A stretch of DNA of 64,000 nt. Origin: Patescibacteria group bacterium (GTDB lineage: Bacteria; Patescibacteriota; Microgenomatia; Curtissbacterales; GWA2-41-24). The stretch covers positions 953 through 64,952 of the forward strand of contig JBBTUN010000005.1 in NCBI GenBank assembly GCA_038063735.1, in the 5' to 3' direction. The notes under the pieces were generated by a model that ran no database searches, was not told the DNA's origin, and saw nothing but the letters and a program-made list of their open reading frames with translations. Made by a program: the position numbers and the translations under genes. This document shows, one piece after another, positions 35,193 to 44,124 of the stretch (position 1 is the first letter of the stretch; each line of letters opens with the position of its first letter).

Positions 35193-36149
35193 ATGAATTG
35201 GGTCGATTTAATAATAATTCTTGCAATTGGGGTTTTTGCAGCCGATGGTATTAAGCGTGGGTTTTTGATACAAGCCTTTAACATTGTTGGGTTTTTGTTT
35301 TCGCTGCTTTTTGCTCTGGCCCTGTATGCGCAACTGGCAAGCGTGCTGTTAAAGATATTTAATATTCCAGAAATAGCGGCAAACCCTATCAGTTTTTTAA
35401 TCATCTGGATTGTCGCCGAAAGCGCATTTTTTGGGGTTTTAACCGGCATTTATGCTAAGTTTATTGCCCGCTATCACCACATAAAAATAAACAAGTACTT
35501 GGGTATTTTGCCATCCATCGCCAACGCCCTTTTATTTTTGGCGTTTGTCCTGCTCCTTGTGGTCTCTCTGCCAATTCGCCCAGGCATTAAGCAGGATATA
35601 TTTAATTCAAAGTTCGGCGCCGAACTTGTAAACAAGGCAACTTTACTGGAAAAACCTTTTAATGACATATTTGGGCCGATCACCAAGCAGACTTTAACCT
35701 TTTTAACAGTTAAGCCGGAAGACAAGGGCTCGGTAGATTTAAAATTTACCCAAAAAACCGTAAGTGTAGATTATGACGCCGAAAAGCAAATGTTTGCTCT
35801 TGTAAACGAAGAGAGAATGAAAGCTGGCGCCAGGCCGCTCGTTTTGCGGGATAATCTGGCGGAAGTTGCAAGGGCGCACTCGCGGGATATGTTTGCCCGG
35901 GGTTACTTTTCCCATTTTTCGCCGGAAAGTAAAGATATTGGTGACAGGCTCGGGGCAGCAGACATATCCTACACATATGCCGGTGAGAATTTAGCGCTGG
36001 CGCCAAGCGTACAAAGGGCGCACACAGGCCTGGTGAACAGCGAAGGCCACAAAAGAAATATCCTGGACCCCGCTTTCACAAAAATTGGCATAGGCGGCAT
36101 AGACGGTGGAATTTACGGCAAAATGTTTACACAAATATTCACGGAGTAA
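35193..36149 (+). CDS. CvpA-family membrane domain fused to CAP/SCP (PR-1-like, YkwD-type) extracellular domain
   Basis: N-terminal CvpA-like 4-TM region. C-terminal 'HSRDMFARGYFSH...GENLA...GHKRNILDPAFTKIGIG' CAP motifs. Confidence 0.7.
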   Translation: MNWVDLIIILAIGVFAADGIKRGFLIQAFNIVGFLFSLLFALALYAQLASVLLKIFNIPEIAANPISFLIIWIVAESAFFGVLTGIYAKFIARYHHIKINKYLGILPSIANALLFLAFVLLLVVSLPIRPGIKQDIFNSKFGAELVNKATLLEKPFNDIFGPITKQTLTFLTVKPEDKGSVDLKFTQKTVSVDYDAEKQMFALVNEERMKAGARPLVLRDNLAEVARAHSRDMFARGYFSHFSPESKDIGDRLGAADISYTYAGENLALAPSVQRAHTGLVNSEGHKRNILDPAFTKIGIGGIDGGIYGKMFTQIFTE

Positions 36150-36181
36150 ATATCGAGAGAAAGCTAAAATAATCCCAAGAT

Positions 36182-37579
36182 TTAAGCGGCAACTGGTAAC
36201 GGCCAGCTTTCGTCGGTAAAGACACGGTCGGCTTCCATCACCCATGTTTGAGGTTGCTGTGTGTATTTGTAGGGCCTGAGGCTTCCATCAACACCTACTA
36301 TAAATAGTTCCGACTGCCTCGCACCATATTCGTTCAGCAATATCATTTCAGCCTCCAAAATTCTATCCCGTACAATATTTGCCTCATTAAGATATCCTAA
36401 TTTAATAAATCCGAGTGCAATGATGCAGTTGTCGTGTGGCCAGATACTCCCATTATGGTACGAATCAGTGTCATTTTCAGAATAATTTGGCGATAGTAAA
36501 GATAACGTTCTAATGCCGTACGCAGTTAACATATCAGGCTGCATCAGTCGATTAACAACAAAGGGTTCTTTTTCGCTATCAATTATTCCAGTTACAAGTA
36601 AATGGCCGACATTTGATGTGATGTCCCTAATTTGAGTATCGTCTCCATCTAATGCCTGAGCGAAGAATTTTTCATCACTCATCCAAAAATCTTTATTAAA
36701 ACGCGTTTTTAAGTTTTGCGCTCTTTCGTTTAACTTTTTGGCATATTCTGTGTCGAGGGACTCGTATAGCTTAGCAGCTCTCATTAAAGCCAAATACTGG
36801 TAACCTTGAACTTCAACTAATGCAACTGGCTCTTTGACCTTTTCATGCCCATCGGGATAATTTATAGAATTACCCGAATCTTTCCATCCCTGGTTTATTA
36901 ACGCATTCCTATTTTTAGCTTGGTATCGTATGTAACCGTCGTCCTTTATATTGCCATAAATGTCCATCCATTCAATTGCCGCCCGTATTGACTGATCAAA
37001 ATCAACAAGAAAGTCCATATCCTCAGTGAGCCTTAAATATTCACATGCCACCATAACAAATAGTGGGGTCGAATCAATTGAGCCGTAATATCTTAAACCT
37101 TCTTCATCAACACACCAGTTACCCGATGCAAGTTTTTCAAGAACGCGGTTGTTAGCCGTATCGGCGAGAATTTGTCCGTCATAGTCCCAAAATCTCAGCT
37201 CATGTGATATCTTTCCCGGTTCTTCGTCTCTTGCCTTGTCAACCACCTTGCCTTGGAATTTGGCCATAGTCCGTAGACTATTTCTTACAGGCAAAAGTGT
37301 ATTAATAATAGCCTCCTTTTCTTCATCGGTAAATTCATCTATCTTTTTATAGCGGTCTGGATGAATTATTACAGGAATTTCTCTAAGAATTTGCGGGGGT
37401 AAATTTTTTCTTGAAAGTCTGAAAAATCTTTCTTCTGAAGCAAGGCATGCGTCCCTTGGAAAAAATCCGCTGAATGCTTGCGTTTCGCCTGAAGCCCTAT
37501 AACCCTGTTCGTTTACAACCCCCAGGCAACTTATCTGAGCAGTACTAGAAATTCGTTCGACTACCTCCGGTGAGACCAT
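36182..37579 (-). CDS. amylo-alpha-1,6-glucosidase / glycogen-debranching-enzyme-like (alpha/alpha)6-barrel glycosidase
   Basis: 'YHNGSIWPHDN' and 'GYQYLALMRAAKLY' are typical of GDE_C/GH15/GH63-like six-hairpin enzymes. Confidence 0.65.
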   Translation of the reverse strand: MVSPEVVERISSTAQISCLGVVNEQGYRASGETQAFSGFFPRDACLASEERFFRLSRKNLPPQILREIPVIIHPDRYKKIDEFTDEEKEAIINTLLPVRNSLRTMAKFQGKVVDKARDEEPGKISHELRFWDYDGQILADTANNRVLEKLASGNWCVDEEGLRYYGSIDSTPLFVMVACEYLRLTEDMDFLVDFDQSIRAAIEWMDIYGNIKDDGYIRYQAKNRNALINQGWKDSGNSINYPDGHEKVKEPVALVEVQGYQYLALMRAAKLYESLDTEYAKKLNERAQNLKTRFNKDFWMSDEKFFAQALDGDDTQIRDITSNVGHLLVTGIIDSEKEPFVVNRLMQPDMLTAYGIRTLSLLSPNYSENDTDSYHNGSIWPHDNCIIALGFIKLGYLNEANIVRDRILEAEMILLNEYGARQSELFIVGVDGSLRPYKYTQQPQTWVMEADRVFTDESWPLPVAA

Positions 37580-37722
37580 TTATTATAGGTTAATTATATC
37601 ATATTTATGTCTCTATTAAAAACATTATAGGCCAACTACCCTAATTCAATAAATTAGTTCGTTGACCTCAACTCATTATCTGATTAATATTGTGAAAATG
37701 TCAAATTGGTTAAGTTATGCAA

Positions 37723-38967
37723 TTAAAATTTATCAAACTTTGCCAACTGGTACTTGCGGTCTCCAAAATAGCCGGTTACCTCGGGCATAACAATGGGCAT
37801 GCCAAGTAGTTGCGCCGGAAAAACCGTGTATTCACCATATTTATCATTTATAGAGTCGGTACTTTTTATAAGTTTTGCCCATTTGACCTCGTCGCTAAAA
37901 AGGGGAGTGGTAATATAGCCGTTTCTCGTAAGCATCCCCAGGCTCACTCCGCAAAAAATTATATTCTTAAAATCCCAGTCGCTGGAAATCAATTTGCAAA
38001 TGTCAAAAAGCTTTTTGCCATCATTTATGTAGGTTTTTAAGGTTCTGTGTCCCCAAAAACTATGGCCGCCATGCCCTTCACGCAAGGAAAAACCCACATA
38101 ACGCCCCGCAAGATTCATACGCCTTGCTTTAAAAGCGGCCTCTTCACAAAGATTCCTGGCAACCTTAAAAATGTCTGCCTTTTTTGTTAAAAGTCTATGC
38201 GTTGTGTAAGTGCGGCCCACGCTTTTCTGCTCCGGCAAAGATTTAAAAGAGTTAACGGGTGCAGTGTCTACCCCTCGGCAGATATTCCACAGATAGGGTC
38301 CCCAAAAAGGACCAAAGTTAGCATTTAAAAATTGTGCAGGGCAATTACGCAGTTTTGGAAAGTTGTTTACCCCAAGCTTTGTTAAATGCCCGTAAAGTCC
38401 CCAACCCAGGCCGCAAACGTCCGTCAGTTTAGATTTGTCCAAAACCTCAATCACATTATCCTCTGTTATCCAAAAAAGACCATCGGGTTTTATTTGGTTG
38501 GAGGCAAGTTTGGCCAAAAATTTGTTATGGGAAACGCCAACGGAGCAGGTTAAATAATCACCAATCTCTCTTAACCTTTTTTTTAAATCAAAGGCAATAC
38601 TAAAAACATTACCCCAGAAATGCTCTGTTTCGGTAACATCGATAAAACACTCATCAAGTGAAAAAACTTCGCAATGTGGGGAGTAGAGAGAACAAATTTT
38701 TATAAACTCATGGCTTATGTATTCATATTTACTAAAATCCGCAGGAACCAAAATAATCTCAGGACAAAGTTTTTTGGCGTCATACACGCGGCTTCCTGTG
38801 CCTACTCCGTATTTTTTAGCCTCTACAGAGGCAGCAATAATACAACTTCGGCCCTTTGCCTTTACAACGCCAACGGGTTTGCCCCGAAAAGCTGGATTTG
38901 CCTGTTGTTCGGCAGTTGCAAAAAAACTGTTCAGGTCGACATGAATAATAACACGTTGATCGTTCAT
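37723..38967 (-). CDS. dinB: Y-family DNA polymerase (DinB/Pol IV-like)
   Basis: 'IIHVDLNSFFATAEQ', 'GKPVGV', 'SLDECFIDVT' catalytic motifs. Confidence 0.85.
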   Translation of the reverse strand: MNDQRVIIHVDLNSFFATAEQQANPAFRGKPVGVVKAKGRSCIIAASVEAKKYGVGTGSRVYDAKKLCPEIILVPADFSKYEYISHEFIKICSLYSPHCEVFSLDECFIDVTETEHFWGNVFSIAFDLKKRLREIGDYLTCSVGVSHNKFLAKLASNQIKPDGLFWITEDNVIEVLDKSKLTDVCGLGWGLYGHLTKLGVNNFPKLRNCPAQFLNANFGPFWGPYLWNICRGVDTAPVNSFKSLPEQKSVGRTYTTHRLLTKKADIFKVARNLCEEAAFKARRMNLAGRYVGFSLREGHGGHSFWGHRTLKTYINDGKKLFDICKLISSDWDFKNIIFCGVSLGMLTRNGYITTPLFSDEVKWAKLIKSTDSINDKYGEYTVFPAQLLGMPIVMPEVTGYFGDRKYQLAKFDKF

Positions 38968-39035
38968 AGTTCATTGTTAATAGAAGGTATAAAGCTCTTA
39001 TCCTCGTCCACGAACCATTAACCACGAACCATCAA

Positions 39036-39275
39036 CTATTCCAGTTCCATTACCTTCTTGACTCTCCAGCTATAGCTGCTGGTGTTGTATTCCAGTTCAA
39101 AGTTAGAAGTATCCGAGGCGCAAACCAAATCTACCAATTTCGTGTCGCCCACCCTTTTGGAGGAAGAAAAAATTAGCTTCTCAAACTTCACAAAACGTCT
39201 GTTCCAATTCATAGCAATAGGAAATATCCCACGATCAAAAAAAGCCCAAACTTTAACCTCATCATCAACTTCCAC
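39036..39275 (-). CDS. small hypothetical protein upstream of dinB (possible YolD-like accessory)
   Basis: 79-aa ORF ending 68 nt before the dinB start on the same strand. No motif support. Confidence 0.35.
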   Translation of the reverse strand: MEVDDEVKVWAFFDRGIFPIAMNWNRRFVKFEKLIFSSSKRVGDTKLVDLVCASDTSNFELEYNTSSYSWRVKKVMELE

Positions 39276-39376
39276 TCTCTTATATTACCCAAAGAAAACC
39301 CGAAATGTCAAGATCTTAAACGTTTACAATTTGGCAAAGGGTACAAAATCTGCTTACAATAGATATAAGCCTGCCA

Positions 39377-40450
39377 ATGTCGACCTTATCTTATAGGGAG
39401 TACTTGGACTTTGTCGAAAAGTACAACAAGAATAGTATTCCGTTTGTAAAAGTAATTTCCTCTTTACTTGTGGTTGCGCTTGTGGCCTTTGTGTTTTCCA
39501 CTTCGATCTCCAACTACAACAACAAAAAAATAGAACCTGCTGTTTTGCAATCCAAATATTTCGAAAATGTGAACGCAGGATACTTTAAAAGTAAGCAGGC
39601 TATGGCAGATCTTTTCGACAGTTTTCAGATAGCAGGCGTAAAAACAGAAAAACTGGATTCTCTTAAAGAATCCTCCCAATCCGTCCAGGCACCCGGCTTC
39701 TTTCTAACGCTGGGTGAAACACAAAAAGTTTTGTCCCAAATTAAACTGGCCGAAGAAAGTATTCTTACCGAGCGGGAGGAGCTTAAAAAACAGGTTGTTC
39801 CGCAAGTATACGAAACACTCAATAACCAGGTGGTTGAATATTTAAACCAGTCCGAAACGTTTTTGACCAGTCTCCAGTCAACCCAGGAACAGTTAAAAGA
39901 TCTGACACTTGCCGCCGGACCTAATCTGTACCTGCCCACGCTTTCGGATGAAACTATCTGGCAAACTCAGGATTTAGAAAAAATAAAAGCTTATTACGAG
40001 AACCAAAAAAAGGAAGCCGAGGCGGCAACCCTCTCATACACTAAGATCCAGACAAAAGATCAGCTAAAAACTTACAAAGATCACGAGCTTACTTATTTTC
40101 AGCTGGTTATAAACGTCTCGGACAATATTATTAAAGTCTTAGGAAAAACTACAAATGAAGACCCTCAATCAGCCACCAACATAGAAGAAGCTTACCAGGT
40201 TTTAGTCGGGGCTAAGCGTGAAAACGAACAGCTGGCTCAACAGCTTCTGGATGCGAGAGTTAACCTAACATCTTCCCAGGTTTACTTTGAAAATATCTCC
40301 TCTCTTAAAAATCGACAAAGAGTGATAGAAAGCGGACTGGTTGAAGGGAATAAAGTACAATTAAAAAACGTAACGAAAGTAACCCAATCAAACTTACTAA
40401 ACAAAATACCTATAGTTGGTAATTATTTTACTCCCTTACAAAGTAATTAA
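39377..40450 (+). CDS. membrane-anchored coiled-coil hypothetical protein
   Basis: N-terminal TM helix 'VISSLLVVALVAFVF' followed by a long Q/E/K-rich, helix-prone region. Confidence 0.5.
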   Translation: MSTLSYREYLDFVEKYNKNSIPFVKVISSLLVVALVAFVFSTSISNYNNKKIEPAVLQSKYFENVNAGYFKSKQAMADLFDSFQIAGVKTEKLDSLKESSQSVQAPGFFLTLGETQKVLSQIKLAEESILTEREELKKQVVPQVYETLNNQVVEYLNQSETFLTSLQSTQEQLKDLTLAAGPNLYLPTLSDETIWQTQDLEKIKAYYENQKKEAEAATLSYTKIQTKDQLKTYKDHELTYFQLVINVSDNIIKVLGKTTNEDPQSATNIEEAYQVLVGAKRENEQLAQQLLDARVNLTSSQVYFENISSLKNRQRVIESGLVEGNKVQLKNVTKVTQSNLLNKIPIVGNYFTPLQSN

Positions 40451-40524
40451 TGCTTTTGCTAAACTATTAAAGAAGCTTGTTTCAAAGAAATTAGCTATTT
40501 AAACTAAGAAAGGAGGCAAAAATT

Positions 40525-40767
40525 ATGGATCCAAATCAAGACGACCAAGGTCAAAACCCGGGTATGCCAGCTGATGACGGAATGGGAGGACAAACTCCGG
40601 CACCGGATACGGACACAAACCCAGCTCCGGTTGGGGGAGACTCACCTGCTGGTGGAATGGATGAACTTCCTCCTTCCCCGCCGGTAGTAGAAGAACAACA
40701 ACCAGCAGATACACCTGCAGATTCAGGTTCCGAGGAACCTGCCGGGGACACAAACCCAGCAGCTTAA
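40525..40767 (+). CDS. small acidic Pro/Gly/Asp-rich hypothetical protein
   Basis: Strong Shine-Dalgarno 'AAGGAGG' 8 nt upstream of the ATG. Low-complexity sequence. Confidence 0.45.
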   Translation: MDPNQDDQGQNPGMPADDGMGGQTPAPDTDTNPAPVGGDSPAGGMDELPPSPPVVEEQQPADTPADSGSEEPAGDTNPAA

Positions 40768-40824
40768 GGTTAGGCAAGGGCAGCTAAAGTTTCTTTCCAA
40801 AGCTTTGCAGTAAGGAAAAGAAAT

Positions 40825-41493
40825 TTGACGTTAACAAAACTTAAATCTAGTTTTAGATTAACAGCAGTTTTAGTGTTGTTCGTGGCTTACTCGGTAAGTT
40901 TGTATTATTTTGGGCAAGTTTCCGTGCCAAAAATAACCTTATCCGCGCAAGACACCGATAAAAACCAAGGCGTTGCCGACAAAATACAAAAACCTCTTCC
41001 CCAAAACGAAACAGTATCTGCAAGAGTACTTGCTCAATCAGTAAAACTTTGCGCCAGTACCGTTAATTCGTTTGAACTTGCCTACCCTAAAGATTGGTTC
41101 ACAACATACAATCAAAAAGACCAAGAGTGTGCATTTTTTGCACCGTATTCTTTTGTGATACCGACTAGTCTCGAAAGCGATTTTACCCAAGTCACCATTA
41201 AAGTGATAAATAAAGACCAGTGGGAAGAGGTGGTCAAATCTTTTGAAAACCCGAACGAGCTTTACAACATTGACGAAACAAAAAACATAGACGTAAACGG
41301 TAAACTTGTAAAGTTCATTAAATCCCAATCGACAGGTAGTCTTAAACCAAGGGGTTTTAAAAAGGTTACGTACCTTGTTTTTGATACAAATCATCCGCTG
41401 GAGATTACGTACACTCAGCTGGACGAAAAAGAAGATACAAAAAATTACGAGGTCGTTTTAGAAAATATGGTGCAGTCCTTAAAGTTTTACTAA
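40825..41493 (+). CDS. hypothetical secreted/membrane-anchored protein
   Basis: N-terminal signal-anchor 'LTAVLVLFVAYSVSLYYF'. Confidence 0.5.
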   Translation: MTLTKLKSSFRLTAVLVLFVAYSVSLYYFGQVSVPKITLSAQDTDKNQGVADKIQKPLPQNETVSARVLAQSVKLCASTVNSFELAYPKDWFTTYNQKDQECAFFAPYSFVIPTSLESDFTQVTIKVINKDQWEEVVKSFENPNELYNIDETKNIDVNGKLVKFIKSQSTGSLKPRGFKKVTYLVFDTNHPLEITYTQLDEKEDTKNYEVVLENMVQSLKFY

Positions 41494-41633
41494 AAGAAAA
41501 GGCCCCTCTTGCGAGAAGCCCTTTCGAGTTTGCCTATCTTGCGATAAGCACAAACTTTATACTGCGGGAAAATATAACTGTCAATACCCCAAAACAAGGC
41601 CAAAAAACAAGTGTTATACTTTTACCAAAATCC

Positions 41634-42896
41634 ATGAAAATAATTAAGAACCACGAAGTCCACACAGTCTCCGAAATTAATCATTTTGCAAAACTAACAC
41701 TTGAGCAGGTTATTGTGTGGGTAGAGGGTGAGGTCTCCGCTCTAAAAAAAATAGGGGACTACGATTTTTACCTGTTCGACTTAAAAGACGGCAAAAATGT
41801 TCTTCCCTGCTCGGCAAATGGCAGCATAGTAGAAGCACTCGGATCCGATATATCAAACCAAACAGTTATTGCTTTTGGCAACCTTACACTTTATGAGCCA
41901 AGCGGAAAGTATCAATTAAGGGTTCAGCACTTAGAGCTCTCGGGCGAAGGCCAAATTTATAAAAAGCTGGAAGAGCTAATAAAAAAATTAAGGGAAGAAG
42001 GTTTATTTGATTCCAGAAATAAAAAAGAGATCCCGCTCTACCCTAGAAAAATTTGTATTGTTTCCTCAATTGGCTCCGACGGTTGGAATGATTTTAAAAC
42101 ACACACTGTTGAAAAATTCCCGATAACCCAACTTTTTACAACTGATATTAGGGTCCAGGGGCCAAAATCAATAAATGATTTGCTAAGAGTTCTGCCTCAA
42201 GTTGACCAAAAAGGTTTCGATGTTGTCGTTATTACCCGCGGAGGTGGCGGTCTCGACGATTTGGCTGCTTTCAACAACGAAGACGTAGCCCGGACCATTT
42301 TTAAAATGAAAACTCCTACAGTTGTTGCCATAGGCCACGAAGCCAACGAATCATTGGCTGAATGGGTGGCAGACGCCCATGCATCGACCCCGACAGACGC
42401 AGCCAACATAGTAACTCGTGGGTGGCAAAGTATTTTAGACAAACTCAACCTGATTGACGCCAGGTTAGAATCAAAATTTCAGCGGTTTAGGGAAAATAAT
42501 TTACAAAAATTAGATTACTTCTATGCAAAACTCAGCCAGGAAAAAATGAGAATCAACCAATACCCGCACCAATTAAAGAGACTGGAAGACAGTTTAAAAA
42601 ACCGTCAAAAAATAATAATTACCGACGCTCAGCAGGAAGAAAAAAGACTCTACGAAGACCTGTCAAAAAACGCGAAATCTCTTATCCAAAGTTCAAGCAC
42701 TACGCTTATAAGATATGCGCAGGCTCTAAACTTACTATCTCCCCAAAACACCCTAAAGCGCGGATATTCACTAACCACTGACGAAAATGGTCGGGTTATA
42801 AGGTCTGTTGCAAGTGTTGTAGTCGGACAAAAAATAGGAGTAAAATTGTCAGACGGCAGCTTAACATCCGTAGTAAAATCAAAGAGTAAAAAATGA
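41634..42896 (+). CDS. xseA: exodeoxyribonuclease VII large subunit
   Basis: OB-fold N-terminus, 'ITRGGGGLDDL', and a coiled-coil C-terminus. Confidence 0.85.
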   Translation: MKIIKNHEVHTVSEINHFAKLTLEQVIVWVEGEVSALKKIGDYDFYLFDLKDGKNVLPCSANGSIVEALGSDISNQTVIAFGNLTLYEPSGKYQLRVQHLELSGEGQIYKKLEELIKKLREEGLFDSRNKKEIPLYPRKICIVSSIGSDGWNDFKTHTVEKFPITQLFTTDIRVQGPKSINDLLRVLPQVDQKGFDVVVITRGGGGLDDLAAFNNEDVARTIFKMKTPTVVAIGHEANESLAEWVADAHASTPTDAANIVTRGWQSILDKLNLIDARLESKFQRFRENNLQKLDYFYAKLSQEKMRINQYPHQLKRLEDSLKNRQKIIITDAQQEEKRLYEDLSKNAKSLIQSSSTTLIRYAQALNLLSPQNTLKRGYSLTTDENGRVIRSVASVVVGQKIGVKLSDGSLTSVVKSKSKK

Positions 42897-43102
42897 AGCA
42901 AACAGAAGACCTAACGTTTTCAAAGGCACTTGCCAGACTTGAAGAAATTGTCGCTAAACTTGAAGAACCGGATTTAGACCTGGAAGAAGGTTTACAACTT
43001 CTGGAAGAAGGAGTTAGATTACACAAAGTGTGCAAAATTAAGTTAACTTCAGCAAGCGCTAAAATTACTACCATCCTAAAAGAAGAAAATGGCGGAAGCT
43101 AA
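42893..43102 (+). CDS. xseB: exodeoxyribonuclease VII small subunit
   Basis: 'FSKALARLEEIVAKLEEPDLDLEEGLQLLEEGVRLHKVCKIKL'. Confidence 0.8.
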   Translation: MKQTEDLTFSKALARLEEIVAKLEEPDLDLEEGLQLLEEGVRLHKVCKIKLTSASAKITTILKEENGGS

Positions 43103-43346
43103 CATTGGGGTCGTAATTCATTGCTTTCCTAAGCTGTTTGTGGCTGTCATAAAACTTTCCAAAAAAAATTTAAAAATAGGAGACAGGATAAAACTTGTTA
43201 ATAAACAAGGGGAAAACTTTACTCAAACGGTAGAATCTATGCAAATTAAGCATGCTCAAATTGACATTGCCAGGGCTGGGGACGAGTTTGGCCTTAAAAC
43301 TACAAATGCTGTCAAATTAAAATCACCCGTTATAAAAATATTATGA
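43089..43346 (+). CDS. hypothetical small beta-barrel protein (EF-Tu domain-2-like pattern)
   Basis: 'IGDRIKLVNKQGENFTQTVESMQIKHAQIDIARAGDEFGLK'. Overlaps xseB and the holA-like gene, so it is operon-embedded. Confidence 0.35.
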   Translation: MAEANIGVVIHCFPKLFVAVIKLSKKNLKIGDRIKLVNKQGENFTQTVESMQIKHAQIDIARAGDEFGLKTTNAVKLKSPVIKIL

Positions 43347-44032
43347 TTTACGTGCTTCACGGGGCAAATTCTGATGACTCCTCACAAAAAATTAAAAGCC
43401 TTGTAACCAAATATCCGGGATATGAAAAAATATACGTACAAGCGCAAGACTCGGATCTTCTGTATCAAAGCTTGTTTGCCCGAGACATAACCGGAAGCAA
43501 AAAACTTATTATTGTTGAAGGGTTCGTAGAAAGAAAAAGTCTCAAAAACATAGACCTTAAAAATGTCCAAGAAGATAATATACTCATTATTTGGGAGAAG
43601 AAAGAGATTACGGCCGCGCAAATCGCGAAGCTGGCAAAAGTGGCAAACGTTGAGAATTTTAAATTGCCATCCACCCTTTTTTATTTTTTAGATTCAATTT
43701 CGACCAGTCCAGGGCAGACTCTCAAATATCTTAAAGAACTCCAAAGCGAAAAAGCAACCGGCCTGGCCTGGCACATAGCAAACCGACTTTTTTTGATGAT
43801 CCTTTTAAAATTAGAGCTAAAAGAGGCCGAAATTCAACAAATCGCTGGCAGAAGACTCGCTCCTTGGCAGCTTGATAAAATTAAATCTCAAGCCTTTGCT
43901 TTCCCTTTACCAAAACTAAAGCAAATGTTTTCTGCCGTTCTCAAGGTTGATACCCTAATTAAAACCGGCAGCACCCAAATGCCGGAGGCAACGCTGCTGT
44001 CCCTTATGTTTGCAAAGTACCTAAAAGCTTAA
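43343..44032 (+). CDS. holA: DNA polymerase III delta subunit-like
   Basis: N-terminal 'MIYVLHGANSDD...' plus a C-terminal helical domain. Short, as in reduced genomes. Confidence 0.5.
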   Translation: MIYVLHGANSDDSSQKIKSLVTKYPGYEKIYVQAQDSDLLYQSLFARDITGSKKLIIVEGFVERKSLKNIDLKNVQEDNILIIWEKKEITAAQIAKLAKVANVENFKLPSTLFYFLDSISTSPGQTLKYLKELQSEKATGLAWHIANRLFLMILLKLELKEAEIQQIAGRRLAPWQLDKIKSQAFAFPLPKLKQMFSAVLKVDTLIKTGSTQMPEATLLSLMFAKYLKA

Positions 44033-44124
44033 AGTTTGTTACAATTAATACAAGATAAAAACTGCCCGCTGCCCGCCCTCAAAACGGGCAAGTCGGCATT
44101 GTTTTTTAAAAAATCTTAAAAACA

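Noticed and set aside
40523-40777. Minus-strand ORFs (84 aa and 66 aa) overlapping the small acidic gene
   Set aside because: The plus-strand ORF has a near-perfect Shine-Dalgarno (AAGGAGG) at optimal spacing. The antisense ORFs are by-products of the GC-rich low-complexity repeat.
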